NCBI GenBank assembly: GCA_003427395.1
Contig: BFEA01000045.1
Location: 2,709,592 to 2,773,591 of the forward strand
From: Chara braunii
Taxonomy: Eukaryota; Plantae; Charophyceae
Direction of reading: 5' to 3'
Length of the DNA stretch: 64,000 bases
The notes under the pieces: model-generated
Seen by the model: the letters and a program-made list of their open reading frames with translations, nothing else
Told to the model about the DNA's origin: nothing
The model's database searches: none
Part shown: piece by piece, positions 23,348 to 35,411 of the stretch
Layout of the letters: the number at the start of each line of letters is the position of its first letter
How positions within the stretch are numbered: the first letter of the stretch is position 1
Translations under genes and position numbers: made by a program

Positions 23348-26169
23348 CAAGTGAAGGGAAAAGAAAAGAAAAAGAAAACAAAAGAAAAAGTCAAAAGGGA
23401 GAAAGTCAAAAGGACACTAACGGACGAAAACGGGCACCTGGGGGAGGGATTTTGGACCAGATTCATTTTGGCAATATGGCGGTTACAAAGGATCTTGATT
23501 TTTTTTAATTTATGTAGAGAAAATTAAAGAAAATCAAGGCCCTTTGCAACCGAAAAATAACGGATTGCATGGGGGAGGCCAAAAATAAGTTTTGAGTGCA
23601 CCAGGAGCCAAAATTGAGACCGGATGCACTTGGAAATTGACCGCTTGATTTTCTTTTAGTGGGAGGCTAGTTGGGGGAGATTGAGGCAATTAAAACTGCC
23701 CCTAGTGCAGTCCGAGATGTAACGGACTGCATAAGGAGGGGCAAGCACAAGGTTTTGAGGCTCCGGGAGCCAAAATTGAGCCCGGATGCCTTAGGAAAAT
23801 TAACGTCTTATTTTCCTTAGGCATGGGGCGTGACGAGGGACTGTGGGGCTAGCAAAGTGGCTATGGATGCAGTTCGAGAAAATAACGCACTGCATAAGGA
23901 TACCCACCAAGGGAAAATGGGTCGCGGCATGTCCGAAACACTAGAAAACGGCGCCGCGGGCCTATAGGAGTGTGACAGTAAAACGGCGATGGCACGACGG
24001 GGGTCCCTCGGCCGGGAAATTATCAACGACACTTCGGACACATGGAAAGAATAAAACGGGACTGGCGGGGACATAGGAAGTCCCAAATAAAAATTGGGCA
24101 TCAACCGGGATGATGCCGGGGGCCAAAGGGGCCCAAATAAAAATTATCGGAAATTGGGCTTTATCGACAGCAGCACCGGCGGAACGGAAAAATGGAACTA
24201 GTCCGGGAAGCAGCGGGGACTTGAGGTTTCCCAAGAAGACCACTAGCCAATATGAGGAGTGGCCGAGAGAAGCAAACGGCGCCGTCAAGATCAAGGATCT
24301 CGACGGTGGAAAAATATCAGCACCACTAGTGAGGACACTAGTGGGGCTAAAAACATGAGTGAGAAGCAAAAATAATAATAAGGGGAGGGTTGCCCAGTAG
24401 TCCGGGGTGTTTTGGACTAGCTAGGCATGAGAAAACAAGAGCCCAAGGGGCTCCAATCAAGAAACGGGCTAGCCAAGAGAAATCAGAGGCAAGGGGGCTT
24501 AAAATGGAGGCTAACGGGAGGAAAATGAGCCCCTCGGGGCATGGGCATGCCAACTTGGTGGGCCGGGGTGTAACGGCCAACAGTCAGGCATGAACCTGGC
24601 CACAATCAAGGCTCTAAGGCGTAGAAAGAGAGTGCACAGCAAGTTGACACATGTCACAGCAAAATAAAAGAAAAAAAAAGAAAAAAAAGAAAACAAAGAG
24701 GGAGAATGAGACAAAATAAGAGAAATGGGTGGAGGGGAGTGTGCCGGCCCATTGGGATGGCTGCAGTGGGGACTGCCAGGTCCCAATGATGACCTCACTC
24801 CTCCTAGATCTAAGGAGTGCAGGCCGGATTGCTGAGATCTCAACAAAATCTGAATTAAAAAGGCAAAAATAAAAGAAAATGCAAAAGGGAGAAATCCGGT
24901 TTTCTTTTGAGCCATGGATCTGAGATCAGATCTCATGGTGGAGAGGAAACAACCATTTTTTGTGAGCCAGCACAAAACGGCTAGATCCAGAATGAGGTGG
25001 CAGCCCAAAAATGAAAAGAAACAAAAGAGGGAAAAAGACGAAACCGTGCATTTGGCCCAAAAAGAGAGTCAGATGCACCAAAAATTTAAAAATTCAGCCT
25101 ATAGGCTCAAAATTGATCCAAGGACCACCATGGGGTAGCTCGGAATATCGGTGGCCTTGGATTTCAGCTTGATCCAAGGCTGAAAATTTGCCGCCACATG
25201 GAAAAATGGTCCGGCCTACCCAAGGGAGGCCCAAACTTAGAAAAATCAAAAATAAGGTCCACTACGCCTTTTTCTCTCAAGTAGGCTACCCCTTGGACCT
25301 TGGAATCAAGGGGGCAACATTTTCCAAGAGGTAGTAGGCTGGAAAGAGGCCTAAGGGATAGGCCGAGTTGGTACCAACCACTCGGACTGCATGTACCTGG
25401 CCGAAAAGAGACCCAGGTGCCCCCAGAGAGGCCTAAAGGTAAGATATGGCCAAGGGGGTACCTCGGTTCACCTTGGGGCACTTAGGAGGGCCCAAGGGCT
25501 GGCCGGACTACTGTTCCCAGCCTATATAAGCTGGGGATTCAGTCCGCCACATACACACTTGCATGAGGAGTGCCCATGCTGCCCAAATGAGCCCGTGAGA
25601 GCTCTAGAAGCATTCAGAGAGTAGTGAGGGGAACCCGTACCAGTTTGGAGGTGCGAAGGAGGATGTGAGCTAGTACGAGAAGACTCTACAAGCTACTGGT
25701 AGTGAGGGAGGTAATCCGCCATAGCTCCCAGGTTAGTGGAGAGGAAGGCAAGACTAAGAGGAGTCTCATTTGCCCTCCTCCTAGAGGGGAGGACTCCCTA
25801 GTCTTTGTGGTAGGAGTCCATAACAACTTGGAGGAGGTGAGAGAGGAAGGAGAAAGGCTTGAAGGAGCAGGAAGCCATAGCCTAGAAAGAGGGAGTTTCA
25901 TTGAGAGTGACACATCCAAGGGGTGAGTGAATAAATGTTTTCCCCCTCTTCTCTCTTCTCTTCTCTCCCCTCTCCCTCTTTTTCTCCTCCCCTTCTCCTT
26001 CTTCTTCCCCTTCTTCTTCTTCATCCTTCTCTTCTTCTTCCTTCTTATTCTTCTTTTCCTCCTTTTTCTTCTTTCCCTTCTTTTTTTTTTCCTTCTTCTT
26101 CCTCTTCTCCTTCTGCATCCCCCTCCCTCCCCTCTTCCTTCTCCTCACCCATCCCTCTACCTTCCTCCT

Positions 26170-29100
26170 CACTCATCTCCCAGTGTATGTGAGTTTCAAA
26201 ACTTGTCCTTTCTCTCATATTCTCCATCTTCTACTTGTTTTCCTACTTAGGTGTGAATCGTAACTCATATCTTCGTGTAGAGTAGTGTTTGAGTAGTGGT
26301 TTGTGTTTGTTTTGTCTATTCTACCTCTCCCAAGTGAATCGCAACTCTCTCCCTAGTGTTTGTGAGCCGAAACTTGTGATTTTCTCTCATGATCTTCATG
26401 TTTCTACTCATTTTTCTACTTGGGTGTAAATCGCAACTCATATGATGATGTCAACTTGTGTTTGAGAGTTGTGATTTGCATGTTTTGTCCTTTTCTTCAC
26501 TCCTATGTAAATCGCAAATCATCTCCTAGTGTATGTGAGCCCAAACTTGTGATTTTCTTTCATGATCTTCATGTTTCTACTCATTTCTCTACTTGGGTGT
26601 AAATCGCAACTCATATGTTGATGTCAACTTGTGTTTGAGCATTGTGATGTGCATGTTTTGTGCTTTTCTTCACTCCTATGTAAATCGCAACTCATCCCCT
26701 AGTGTATGTGAGCCCAAACTTTTGATTTTCTCTCGTGATCTTCATATTTCTAGTCATTTTTCTACTTGGGTGTAAATCGCAACTCATATGTTGATGTCAA
26801 GTTGTGTTTAAGTGTAGTGATATGCACGTTTTGTCCTTTTCTTCAGTCCTATGTAAATCGCAACTCATCTCCTAGTGTATGTGACTCCAAACTTGTGATT
26901 TTCTCTCATGATCTTCATGTTTCTACTTATTTTTCTACTTGGGTGTAAATCGCAATTCATATGTTGATGTCAACTTGTGTTTGAGTGTTGTGATGTGCAT
27001 GTTTTGTCCTTTTTTTCACTCCTATGTAAATCGCAACTCATCTCCTAGTGTATGTGAATCCAAACTTGTAATTTTCTCTCATGATCTTCATGTTTCGACT
27101 TATTTGTCTACTTGGGTGTGAATCGCAACTCATATGTTGATGTGAACTTGTGTTTGAGTGTTGAGATGTGCATGTTTTGTCCTTTTCTTCACTCCTATGT
27201 AAATCGCAACTCATCTCCTAGTGTATGTGAGCCCAAACTTGCAATTTTTTCTCATGATCTTCATGTTGCTACTGATTTATCTACTTGGGTGTAAATCGCA
27301 ACTCATATGTTGAAGTCAACTTGTGTTAGAGTGATGTGATGTGCATGTTTTGTCATTTTCTTCTTTCGTATGCAAATCGCAACTCATCTCCTAGTATATG
27401 TGAGCTCGAACTTGTGATTTTCTCTTATGATCTTCATGTTTCTACTCATTTTTCTACTTGGGTGTAAATCGCAACTCATATGTTGATGTCAACTTGTGTT
27501 TGAGTGTTGTGATGTGCATGTTTNACTCATTTTTCTACTTGGGTGTAAATCGCAACTCATATGTTGATGTCAACTTGTGTTTGAGTGTTGTGATGTGCAT
27601 GTTTTGTCCTTTTCTTCACCCATATGTAAATCGCAACTCATCTCCTAGTATATGTGAGCCGAAACTTGTGATTTTTTCTCGTGATCTTCATGTTTCTACT
27701 CATTTTTCTACTTGGGTGTAAATCGCAACTCGTATGTTGATGTCAACTTGTGTTTGAGAGTTGTGATGTTTTGTGCTTTTCTTCACTCCTATGTAAATCG
27801 CAACTCATCCCATAGTGTATGTGAGCCCAAACTTGTGATTTTCTCTCATGATCTTCATGTTTCTACTCATTTTTCTACTTGGTTGTAAATCGCAACTCAT
27901 ATGTTGATGTCAAGTTGTGTTTGAGTGTTGTGATGTGCATCTTTTGTCCTTTTCTTTACTCCTATGTAAATCGCAACTTATCTCGTATTGTATGTGAGTC
28001 CAAACTTGTGATTTTCTCTCATGATCTTCATGTTTCTACTCATTTTTCTACTTGGGTGTAAATCGCAATTCATATGTTGATGTCAACTTGTATTTGAGTG
28101 TTGTGATGTGCATGTTTTGTCTTTTTTTTCACTCCTATGTAAATCGCAACTCATCTCCTAGTGTATGTGAACCCAAACTTGTGATTTTCTCTCATGATCT
28201 TCATGTTTCGACTCATTTTTCTACTTAGGTGTAAATCGCAACTCATATGTTGATGTCAACTTGTGTTTAAGTGTTGTGATATGCATGTTTTGTCCTTTTC
28301 TTCACTCCTATGTAAATCGCAACTCATCTCCTAGTGTATGTGGGCCCAAACTCGAAATTTTTTCTCATGATCTTCATGTTGCTACTGATTTTTCTACTTG
28401 GGTGTAAATCGCAACTCATATGTTGATGTGAACTTGTGTTTGAGTGTTGTGATGTGCATGTTTTGTCCTTTTCTTCTTTCCTATGCAAATGGAAACTCAT
28501 CTCCTTCTGTATGTGAGCCCGAACTTGTGATTCTCTCTCAAGATCTTCATGTTTCTACTCATTTTTCTACTTGGGTGTAAATCGCAACTCATATGTTGAT
28601 GTCAACTTGTGTTTNNNNNNNNNNNNNNNNNNNNNNNNNNNNNNNNNNNNNNNNNNNNNNNNNNNNNNNNNNNNNNNNNNNNNNNNNNNNNNNNNNNNNN
28701 NNNNNNNNNNNNNNNNNNNNNNNNNNNNNNNNNNNNNNNNNNNNNNNNNNNNNNNNNNNNNNNNNNNNNNNNNNNNNNNNNNNNNNNNNNNNNNNNNNNN
28801 NNNNNNNNNNNNNNNNNNNNNNNNNNNNNNNNNNNNNNNNNNNNNNNNNNNNNNNNNNNNNNNNNNNNNNNNNNNNNNNNNNNNNNNNNNNNNNNNNNNN
28901 NNNNNNNNNNNNNNNNNNNNNNNNNNNNNNNNNNNNNNNNNNNNNNNNNNNNNNNNNNNNNNNNNNNNNNNNNNNNNNNNNNNNNNNNNNNNNNNNNNNN
29001 NNNNNNNNNNNNNNNNNNNNNNNNNNNNNNNNNNNNNNNNNNNNNNNNNNNNNNNNNNNNNNNNNNNNNNNNNNNNNNNNATTTTTCTACTTGGGTGTAA

Positions 29101-30992
29101 ATCGCAACTCATATGTTGATGTCAACTTGTGTTTGAGTGTTGTGATGTGCATGTTTTCTGCTTTTCTTCACTCCTAGGTAAATCGCAACTCATCCCCTAG
29201 TGTATGTGAGCCCAAACTTTTGATTTTCTCTCGTGATCTTCATATTTCTACTCATTTTTCTACTTGGGTGTAAATCGCAACTCATATGTTGATGTCAAGT
29301 TGTGTTTGAGTGTAGTGATATGCATGTTTTGTCCTTTTCTTCACTCCTATGTAAATCGCAACTCATGTCCTAGTGTATGTGAGTCCAAACTTGTGATTTT
29401 CTCTGATGATCTTCATGTTTCTACTTATTTTTCTACTTGGGTGTAAATCGCAATTCATATGTTGATGTCAACTTGTGTTTGAGTGTTGTGATGTGCATAT
29501 TTTGTCCTTTTTTTTCAGTCCTATGTAAATCGCAACTCATCTCCTAGTGTATGTGAATCCAAACTTGTGATTTTCTCTCATGATCTTCATGTTTCGACTC
29601 ATTTGTCTACTTGGGTGTAAATCGCAACTCATATGTTGATGTGAACTTGTGTTTGAGTGTTGTGATGTGCATGTTTTGTCCTTTTCTTCTTTCGTATGCA
29701 AATCGCAACTCATCTCCTAGTATATGTGAGCCCGAACTTGTGATTCTCTCTCAGGATCTTCATGTTTCTACTCATTTTTCTATTTGGGTGTAAATCTCAA
29801 CTCATATGCTGATGTCAACTTGTGTTTGAGTGTTCTGATGTGCATGTTTTATCCTTTTCTTCACTCCTATGTACATCGCAACTCATCTCCTATTGTATGT
29901 GAGCCCAAACTTGTGATTTTCTCTTTTGATCTTCATGTTTCTACTCATGTTTCTGCTTGGGTGTAAATCGCAACTCATATGTTGATGTCAACTTATATTT
30001 GAGTGTTGTGATGTGCATGTTTTGTGCTTTTCTTCACTCCTATGTAAATCGCAACTCATCCCCTAGTGTATGTAAGTCCAAACTTGTGATTTTCTCTCAT
30101 GATCTTCATGTTTCTACTCATTTTTCTACTTGGGTGTAAATCGCAATTCATATGTTGATGTCAACCTTTGTTTGAGTGTTGTGATGTGCATATTTTGTCA
30201 TTTTTCTCACTCCTATGTAAATCGCAACTCATCTCCTAGTGTATGTGAGCCCAAACTTGTGATTTTCTCTCACGATCTTCATGTTTTGACTCATTTTTCT
30301 ACTTGGGTGTAAATCGCAACTCATATGTTGATGTCAACTTGTGTTTGAGTGTTGTGACGTGCATGTTTTGCCTTTTTTCTCACTCCTATGTAAATCGCAA
30401 CTTATTTCGTAGTGTATGTGAGCCCAAACTTGTGATTTTCTCTCATGATCTTCATGTTTCGACTCATTTTTCTACTTGGGTGTAAATCGCAACTCATATG
30501 TTTGAGTGTTGTGATGTGCATGTTTTGTCCTTTTCTTCACCCCTATGTAAATCGCAACTCATCTCCTAGTGTGTGTGAGTTCAAAACTTGTCATTTCTCT
30601 CATAATTCTTCATCTTCTACTTGTTTTCCTACTGGGGTGTGAATCGCAACTCATATCTTGGTGTAGAGTAGTGTTTGAATAGTGTTTTGTGCTTGTTTTG
30701 TCTATTCTACCTCTCCCAAGTAAATCACAACTCTCTTCCTAGTGTATGTGAGCCCAAACTTGTGATTTTCTCGCATGATCTTCATGTTTCCACTCATTTT
30801 TCTACTTGGGTATAAATCGCAACTCGTGTGTTGATGTCAACTTGTTTTTGAGTCTTGTGATGTGCATGTTTTGTCCTTTTCTTCACTTCTATGTAAATCG
30901 CAAATCATCTCCTAGTGTATGTGAGCTAAAAACTTGTCATTGTCTCTCAGATTCTTCATTTCCTACTTGTTTCCTACTTGGGTGTGAATCGT
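26170..30992 (+). repeat. 173-bp tandem satellite, about 25 visible copies plus an N gap
   Basis: Near-identical 60-aa pseudo-ORFs recur every 173 bp (26420, 26593, 26766, 26939...). Each monomer has two GTAAATCGCAACTCAT half-units. A variant monomer occurs at about 26180 and 30570. The array is cut at 30992 by an LTR insertion. Confidence 0.97.
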
Positions 30993-32146
30993 TGTCGGGG
31001 CAGAAACCCTGACAAGGGTATCTGCCAGTGTTTTTCAACGTCGGACGCTGTCTGACCTTTTTACTTTATTGGAAGACTGGATCAAATTGATGTTGCCAAA
31101 ATTTATTCAGACCAGCGCTATGAGTAAGAGACTTAAAACTTTTTTGAACCTGACGTCGTCGACGCAGGACAACATCGACATTCGTGTGGGATAACGGGAA
31201 TCGGCACCGTCGTCCGCGGGTCCCGACGAGGCCGTAGTAGCATGCGGTCGTGGGAAAACTAAAGTTAAAGCCTAGGCTACCTATGATGAGGTCGCGCGGC
31301 TGTTAAGCCGCACGATTCAGGGCCTAAGCGGGCCAAAAAGGGGCCGCCGCGGCAAGATGGACCGCTGCGTGAAGGGATGGCTTAGGGTCCATACGGCTTT
31401 TGCGCCAAGGACCCGGGGGCGAAGGCGTCGAGGCCAGCTAAGTAGGGCAGTTGTTAAAGCTGTGGGCCGTCGACCCCGCCCGCCTGCCACGGCAATATGC
31501 TGGCTTAGCAGGCGAAGCCTCCTAGGTACCGTCACCAGATTACCACCCCGCAGACATGGGGATCGAACCTGACAGAGTGCACTACTGAGCTAGCTCCTTT
31601 TGGAGCAGCCGCGATTTGACAGAGGGTGCGACCGATTTTCGGTCGTGCGATCTTCGAGATCGCGCGGCTGAAATCAGCCGTGCCGTACGGATGCGATGGA
31701 GCAGCTACAACGCCAAGGTAAGGAGTTTTCTCCAATTTTTTCTTGGATTCGTTTTTTTTTTCTCTTTGTAGTGCGTGTACGATGGCGCCATCGTGGCGAA
31801 ATGACGTGACCGTTGGCTTAAGCCAACGGAAAAAGGAAAAGAAAAAAAAAAAAAAAAAACGAAGCGCCATCTGGCGCGAAAAGAAGTGACGGGGACTTAG
31901 TGTCCCCATAGAATATAACGGGCGCCCGTTTTTCGGGCAACCCTTTCGCATCAAGGTGGAGTTTTCCTTTTTTTTCTCTTTTGATTTTTTTTCTTTATTA
32001 GATCTTGCTTAGATTTTTATTTTTTTTTTTATTTTTTTTTTTATCCTTTCTAGATTAGGGTTAGATTTCTTTTTTTTTGTCCTCTTTCTTTTTTTCTCTC
32101 TTGTGGTGCCCGTTCGTTTCGGACGAACAGGCAGAGGCCACTGCAC

Positions 32147-32203
32147 CAGACTGTTTCGTCGGACCTCCACCGACTCATCAGGGGGTTGAACCCCGACAGT
32201 CTG
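32147..32203 (-). ncRNA. Type III hammerhead ribozyme (copy 1)
   Basis: Minus strand reads CAGACUG UC / GGGG UUCAA CCCC CUGAUGA GUCGG UGGAGGU CCGAC GAAA CAGUCUG. Intact core, three perfect stems, GUC triplet; predicted cleavage between 32195 and 32194. Confidence 0.95.
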
Positions 32204-32416
32204 CCCATGGGCAGTGAATGTGCCGCCCTAGGCGGCCAGATTCGGACAGAGAGAGAGGGGGAGAAAGGAGGGTGGAGGGAACTTACCTGGCCGTTGGCCT
32301 CCCTCTGCCTCCATTGATAGAACAAGCTGAACCGGATGAATCTTCAGCCCGAACGCGGGCAGATGCGCCGTGGGCCAGCCATAGTGGCTGTGCCCGTTGA
32401 AACAGGCAGGACGGTG

Positions 32417-32476
32417 CCCGACTGTTTCGTTGGACTTTCACCAACTCATCAGGAGGTTGAGACCCCGACAGTCGGG
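32417..32476 (-). ncRNA. Type III hammerhead ribozyme (copy 2)
   Basis: Minus strand reads CCCGACUG UC / GGGG UCUCAA CCUC CUGAUGA GUUGG UGAAAGU CCAAC GAAA CAGUCGGG. Intact core, compensatory changes versus copy 1; predicted cleavage between 32467 and 32466. Confidence 0.95.
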
Positions 32477-32609
32477 TAGCTCGTTCAAGGTGAGTGTTTT
32501 TTTTTCGGAAAAAGGCGGCGCCGTTCGTTTTAGTAACGGGCTGCAGTGTTTGCTGGCGCGCCCGAACCTGGCGTTGAAAGCGTCCGGACGTGGGCGCGGG
32601 GCAAAGGGT

Positions 32610-32662
32610 GGAAATAAGACCCTGTTGAGCTTGACTCTAGTTCGACTCTGTGAAATGACTTG
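32610..32662 (+). pseudogene. 53-nt fragment of cytoplasmic LSU (26S/28S) rRNA
   Basis: GGAAATAAGACCCTGTTGAGCTTGACTCTAGTTCGACTCTGTGAAATGACTTG matches the conserved eukaryotic LSU segment GGAAAGAAGACCCTGTTGAGCTTGACTCTAGTCCGACTTTGTGAAATGACTTG (recalled from memory) with about 3 mismatches. The flanks are not rRNA. Confidence 0.85.
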
Positions 32663-34907
32663 GGGGGGGGAGGGGAGTGCTCGTTCATTTCTCAGACGAC
32701 GAGTTGCCCCTGCCTTAGAGGAAAAAAAAAAAAAAAAAAAAAAGGGGGAGGGTAGAAGTTGGAAAAAGAAAAGGAAACGACCGTGGATCTAGCCGCGACC
32801 TCGGTCCAGATGCAAGTTTAGAAGTATTTGGACTATGGATAGCTAGCAGACTGTTGGTTTCAGCAGCCTGCTTGAAAATGGTTGAGTACAGCCATTTCTG
32901 GGCTGCGTCTGGCCGCGGGTGAAGGCCAGATGCATTACCAGGGTACAGAACTTGGTTCCCCTAGGGGAACATCAAGTTTTCTGGCCCTTGATCGCGATTT
33001 AGATCGAGGGTCAGGCTCTATTCCGAGATTTGGCTTGGGGCAAAGCAGCTGCCCTCAGCCTTCAGCCAGCTATAAAAGCTAGCCTGCCACCCAACAGCCT
33101 CACACTTGTGGCAATGCTGCTGGGGCATTCTACTCAAGTAGATGCTGGCTGGCTGGCTGCTGGTGTGATAAGGCGAAGTGCTGGAGGTCTGAAGAAGCAC
33201 TGGAGGAAGGAGGAGGCAACCATAGCTAAAAATTGGGAACTTTTTGCCCCACCTTCCGTGCTGTGCTGCATGCTGTGGGGAAGTCGTGGCCTTGAGGTTG
33301 CTGCTGGTTTTCTAGGGAGGTGCGGCGGAAGCACTGCCGAATTCTTGTGGCGACGGCACTGATTTTCTTGGCGGTACGGCGAGGGCGCTGCCGGATTTTG
33401 TGGCAACAGTATTTTGCACAGGACTGCGAGAAGGGGGCTTGGACGTTGCCGCAGGGACGGTACCGCCGAGGTGGAAGTGCATTTTGGAATAGAAAGGGTG
33501 TGGCGATCGTCTCGTTGGAGGCATTACGGCACGCGACACTTGTAAGAATTGTCGAGGCCGTTGTTATTTTTTTGCGGCATACCGAGTAAGTGGGGATTGG
33601 GTCTCGAACCACCAAGTTTTGCAGCAGGCAGGTGGTGACCTAACTTGGTATTTGGTGGGTTGAATTGGCGCTGTTTTGGTGGAAGGTGTGACGTTGAGGC
33701 TGTGAGATTTGAGAGTGGGGCACTCTCCTCAATGGCAAGCTCGCTTCTGTGTTGGTGAGCGGCGCCTAAGTCAGCGGCGGCGTTTCAAGGAGGGTGTGAC
33801 TTGTTCTTGTGAGCGCCCACAACGAGAGTGGTGCGACCGAATTTTTGTGAAGATATTTGGCTTTCTTGAGCGAGCCCTCATAAAAATCACTCAAGGTCAG
33901 TGCGACTCAGTTCCCTTGCACACCCGCGTGAACCCACACCTTGCATGACCTTGCTTTGAATTCAGGGGAAGAGGTAGAGTAAGAGTATGATGTCATGCGT
34001 GTGAAGAAAGGGCTGACTTGTCTTGGGGATGGATGAATCTCTGGATTGTTACTTTTCTTGATTGTGCAGGTAGGTTGGGAGATGCATGAGAGAAGGAATC
34101 ATCATTGTTTGCTCGGGAGAATAATAGGGATGCTCACCTTTTTCCCACTCAACCTGAATGCATGTGACAGAAAAGAGGAGAAACAAAAATAATAATGAAA
34201 GTGCGAACGGACGGGTGCCAAAAGAATGAAGGCCGTGAGAAAATTAAAAGAAAGGAAGACAAGGGAACACCTTAGTATCTCCCCAAGGATTTCCCCATTC
34301 TATCCCGAACGACCACTATCCTTCTATGCCCGGCTAAAAATATCTTACTTCTTTCTCTTCTCGATTTCGTCTAAGTCGACCCTTAGCCGGGAAGGCATAG
34401 ACCGGTCGTCTGCACCTAGGGTCTACGCTTCTTTTCTCTAGGAGGCATCTGAGGCGGGGGTTCGTTGCCTTAGGGGCCGGCCCTGTTATCGACTCGGAGT
34501 GGACCGCTTATGCGGGGGGATACCATGCTGTTGCAGTGGATCCAGCCCAACTTCTGAGTCCTGAACAATGTGTTTGGGCGAGGGGGAGAGGTATTCCAAA
34601 CCATTTCCTAGAGGGTAGGGTGTCTTGAAGCTAGGGGCAACCACCTCCTCGTGCTTTCAGGGAAAGGGGAGGCTGAATCTAGTACCCTGCTGGGTAGCCG
34701 TTTTAGGAGCCACCAACGCGTGGGAGGGCTGGCGCCACAAGAAGCCCAGCCCGTGATTCAACTAGTGTTAAAGGAAGTGCAAATAGGCACTACTTTCACG
34801 GTCGGACCGTGACACAAGAATCACTGCCCGAAAAGGGGAGCGAAGACTGAACATGAAAATTGGTATATCTGAATTTATTTTGACACAGTTACCGCTTCGT
34901 CGTTCAA

Positions 34908-35411
34908 ATGCTTGCAGAGACAGTGATCCTCCGATTGTTTAGCACACGCGAGGCGGCGGCTAATTGGTTAGCGGTGCCGACACGATCCCGCGCCGGTATG
35001 ATACGGAAAGGAAGACTGGTGTACAACCCACTTGAAGTTTACTCGGAATGGGATGTGCCACGATTCTGGGACGGGAGCGTGAGGAAACCACCGCGGTGTT
35101 ATATTTTCTTGGTTGAACCAAGCCAGCATATTGTACGATATGACTTCGCGTCGCCCTACCCGTATCGGGATTATGGAGACATAAACCTTGTCGTGATCCA
35201 CGAGGATTGTCCGGGAGTAGAGACCATTCCTGATATTAGAGGGATGTTCCTTCACATTGTACTCCACTTGAATGATCTACGAGGTCCGTTCGGCCTCCTT
35301 CATCATGTGAGACGGGTCCGAGCGAATAGATTTAATATCATTCGCTCAGAACATTTCGATGTCACCGCGTTTTATGACGAGGCTTGTGAAATTTACGAGA
35401 GCCTCTTCTAA
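34908..35411 (+). CDS. Unknown 167-aa accessory ORF in the second Gypsy 5' region
   Basis: ATG-started open frame with protein-like composition, preceded by acceptor-like TTTTGACACAG; followed by a further fragment at 35516-35866. Confidence 0.45.
   Translation: MLAETVILRLFSTREAAANWLAVPTRSRAGMIRKGRLVYNPLEVYSEWDVPRFWDGSVRKPPRCYIFLVEPSQHIVRYDFASPYPYRDYGDINLVVIHEDCPGVETIPDIRGMFLHIVLHLNDLRGPFGLLHHVRRVRANRFNIIRSEHFDVTAFYDEACEIYESLF

Noticed and set aside
26170-30992. CRISPR-like array or repeated 60-aa genes
   Set aside because: The sequence between conserved motifs is itself repeated rather than unique spacers, there are no cas genes, the context is eukaryotic, and the ORFs are artefacts of the 173-bp period.
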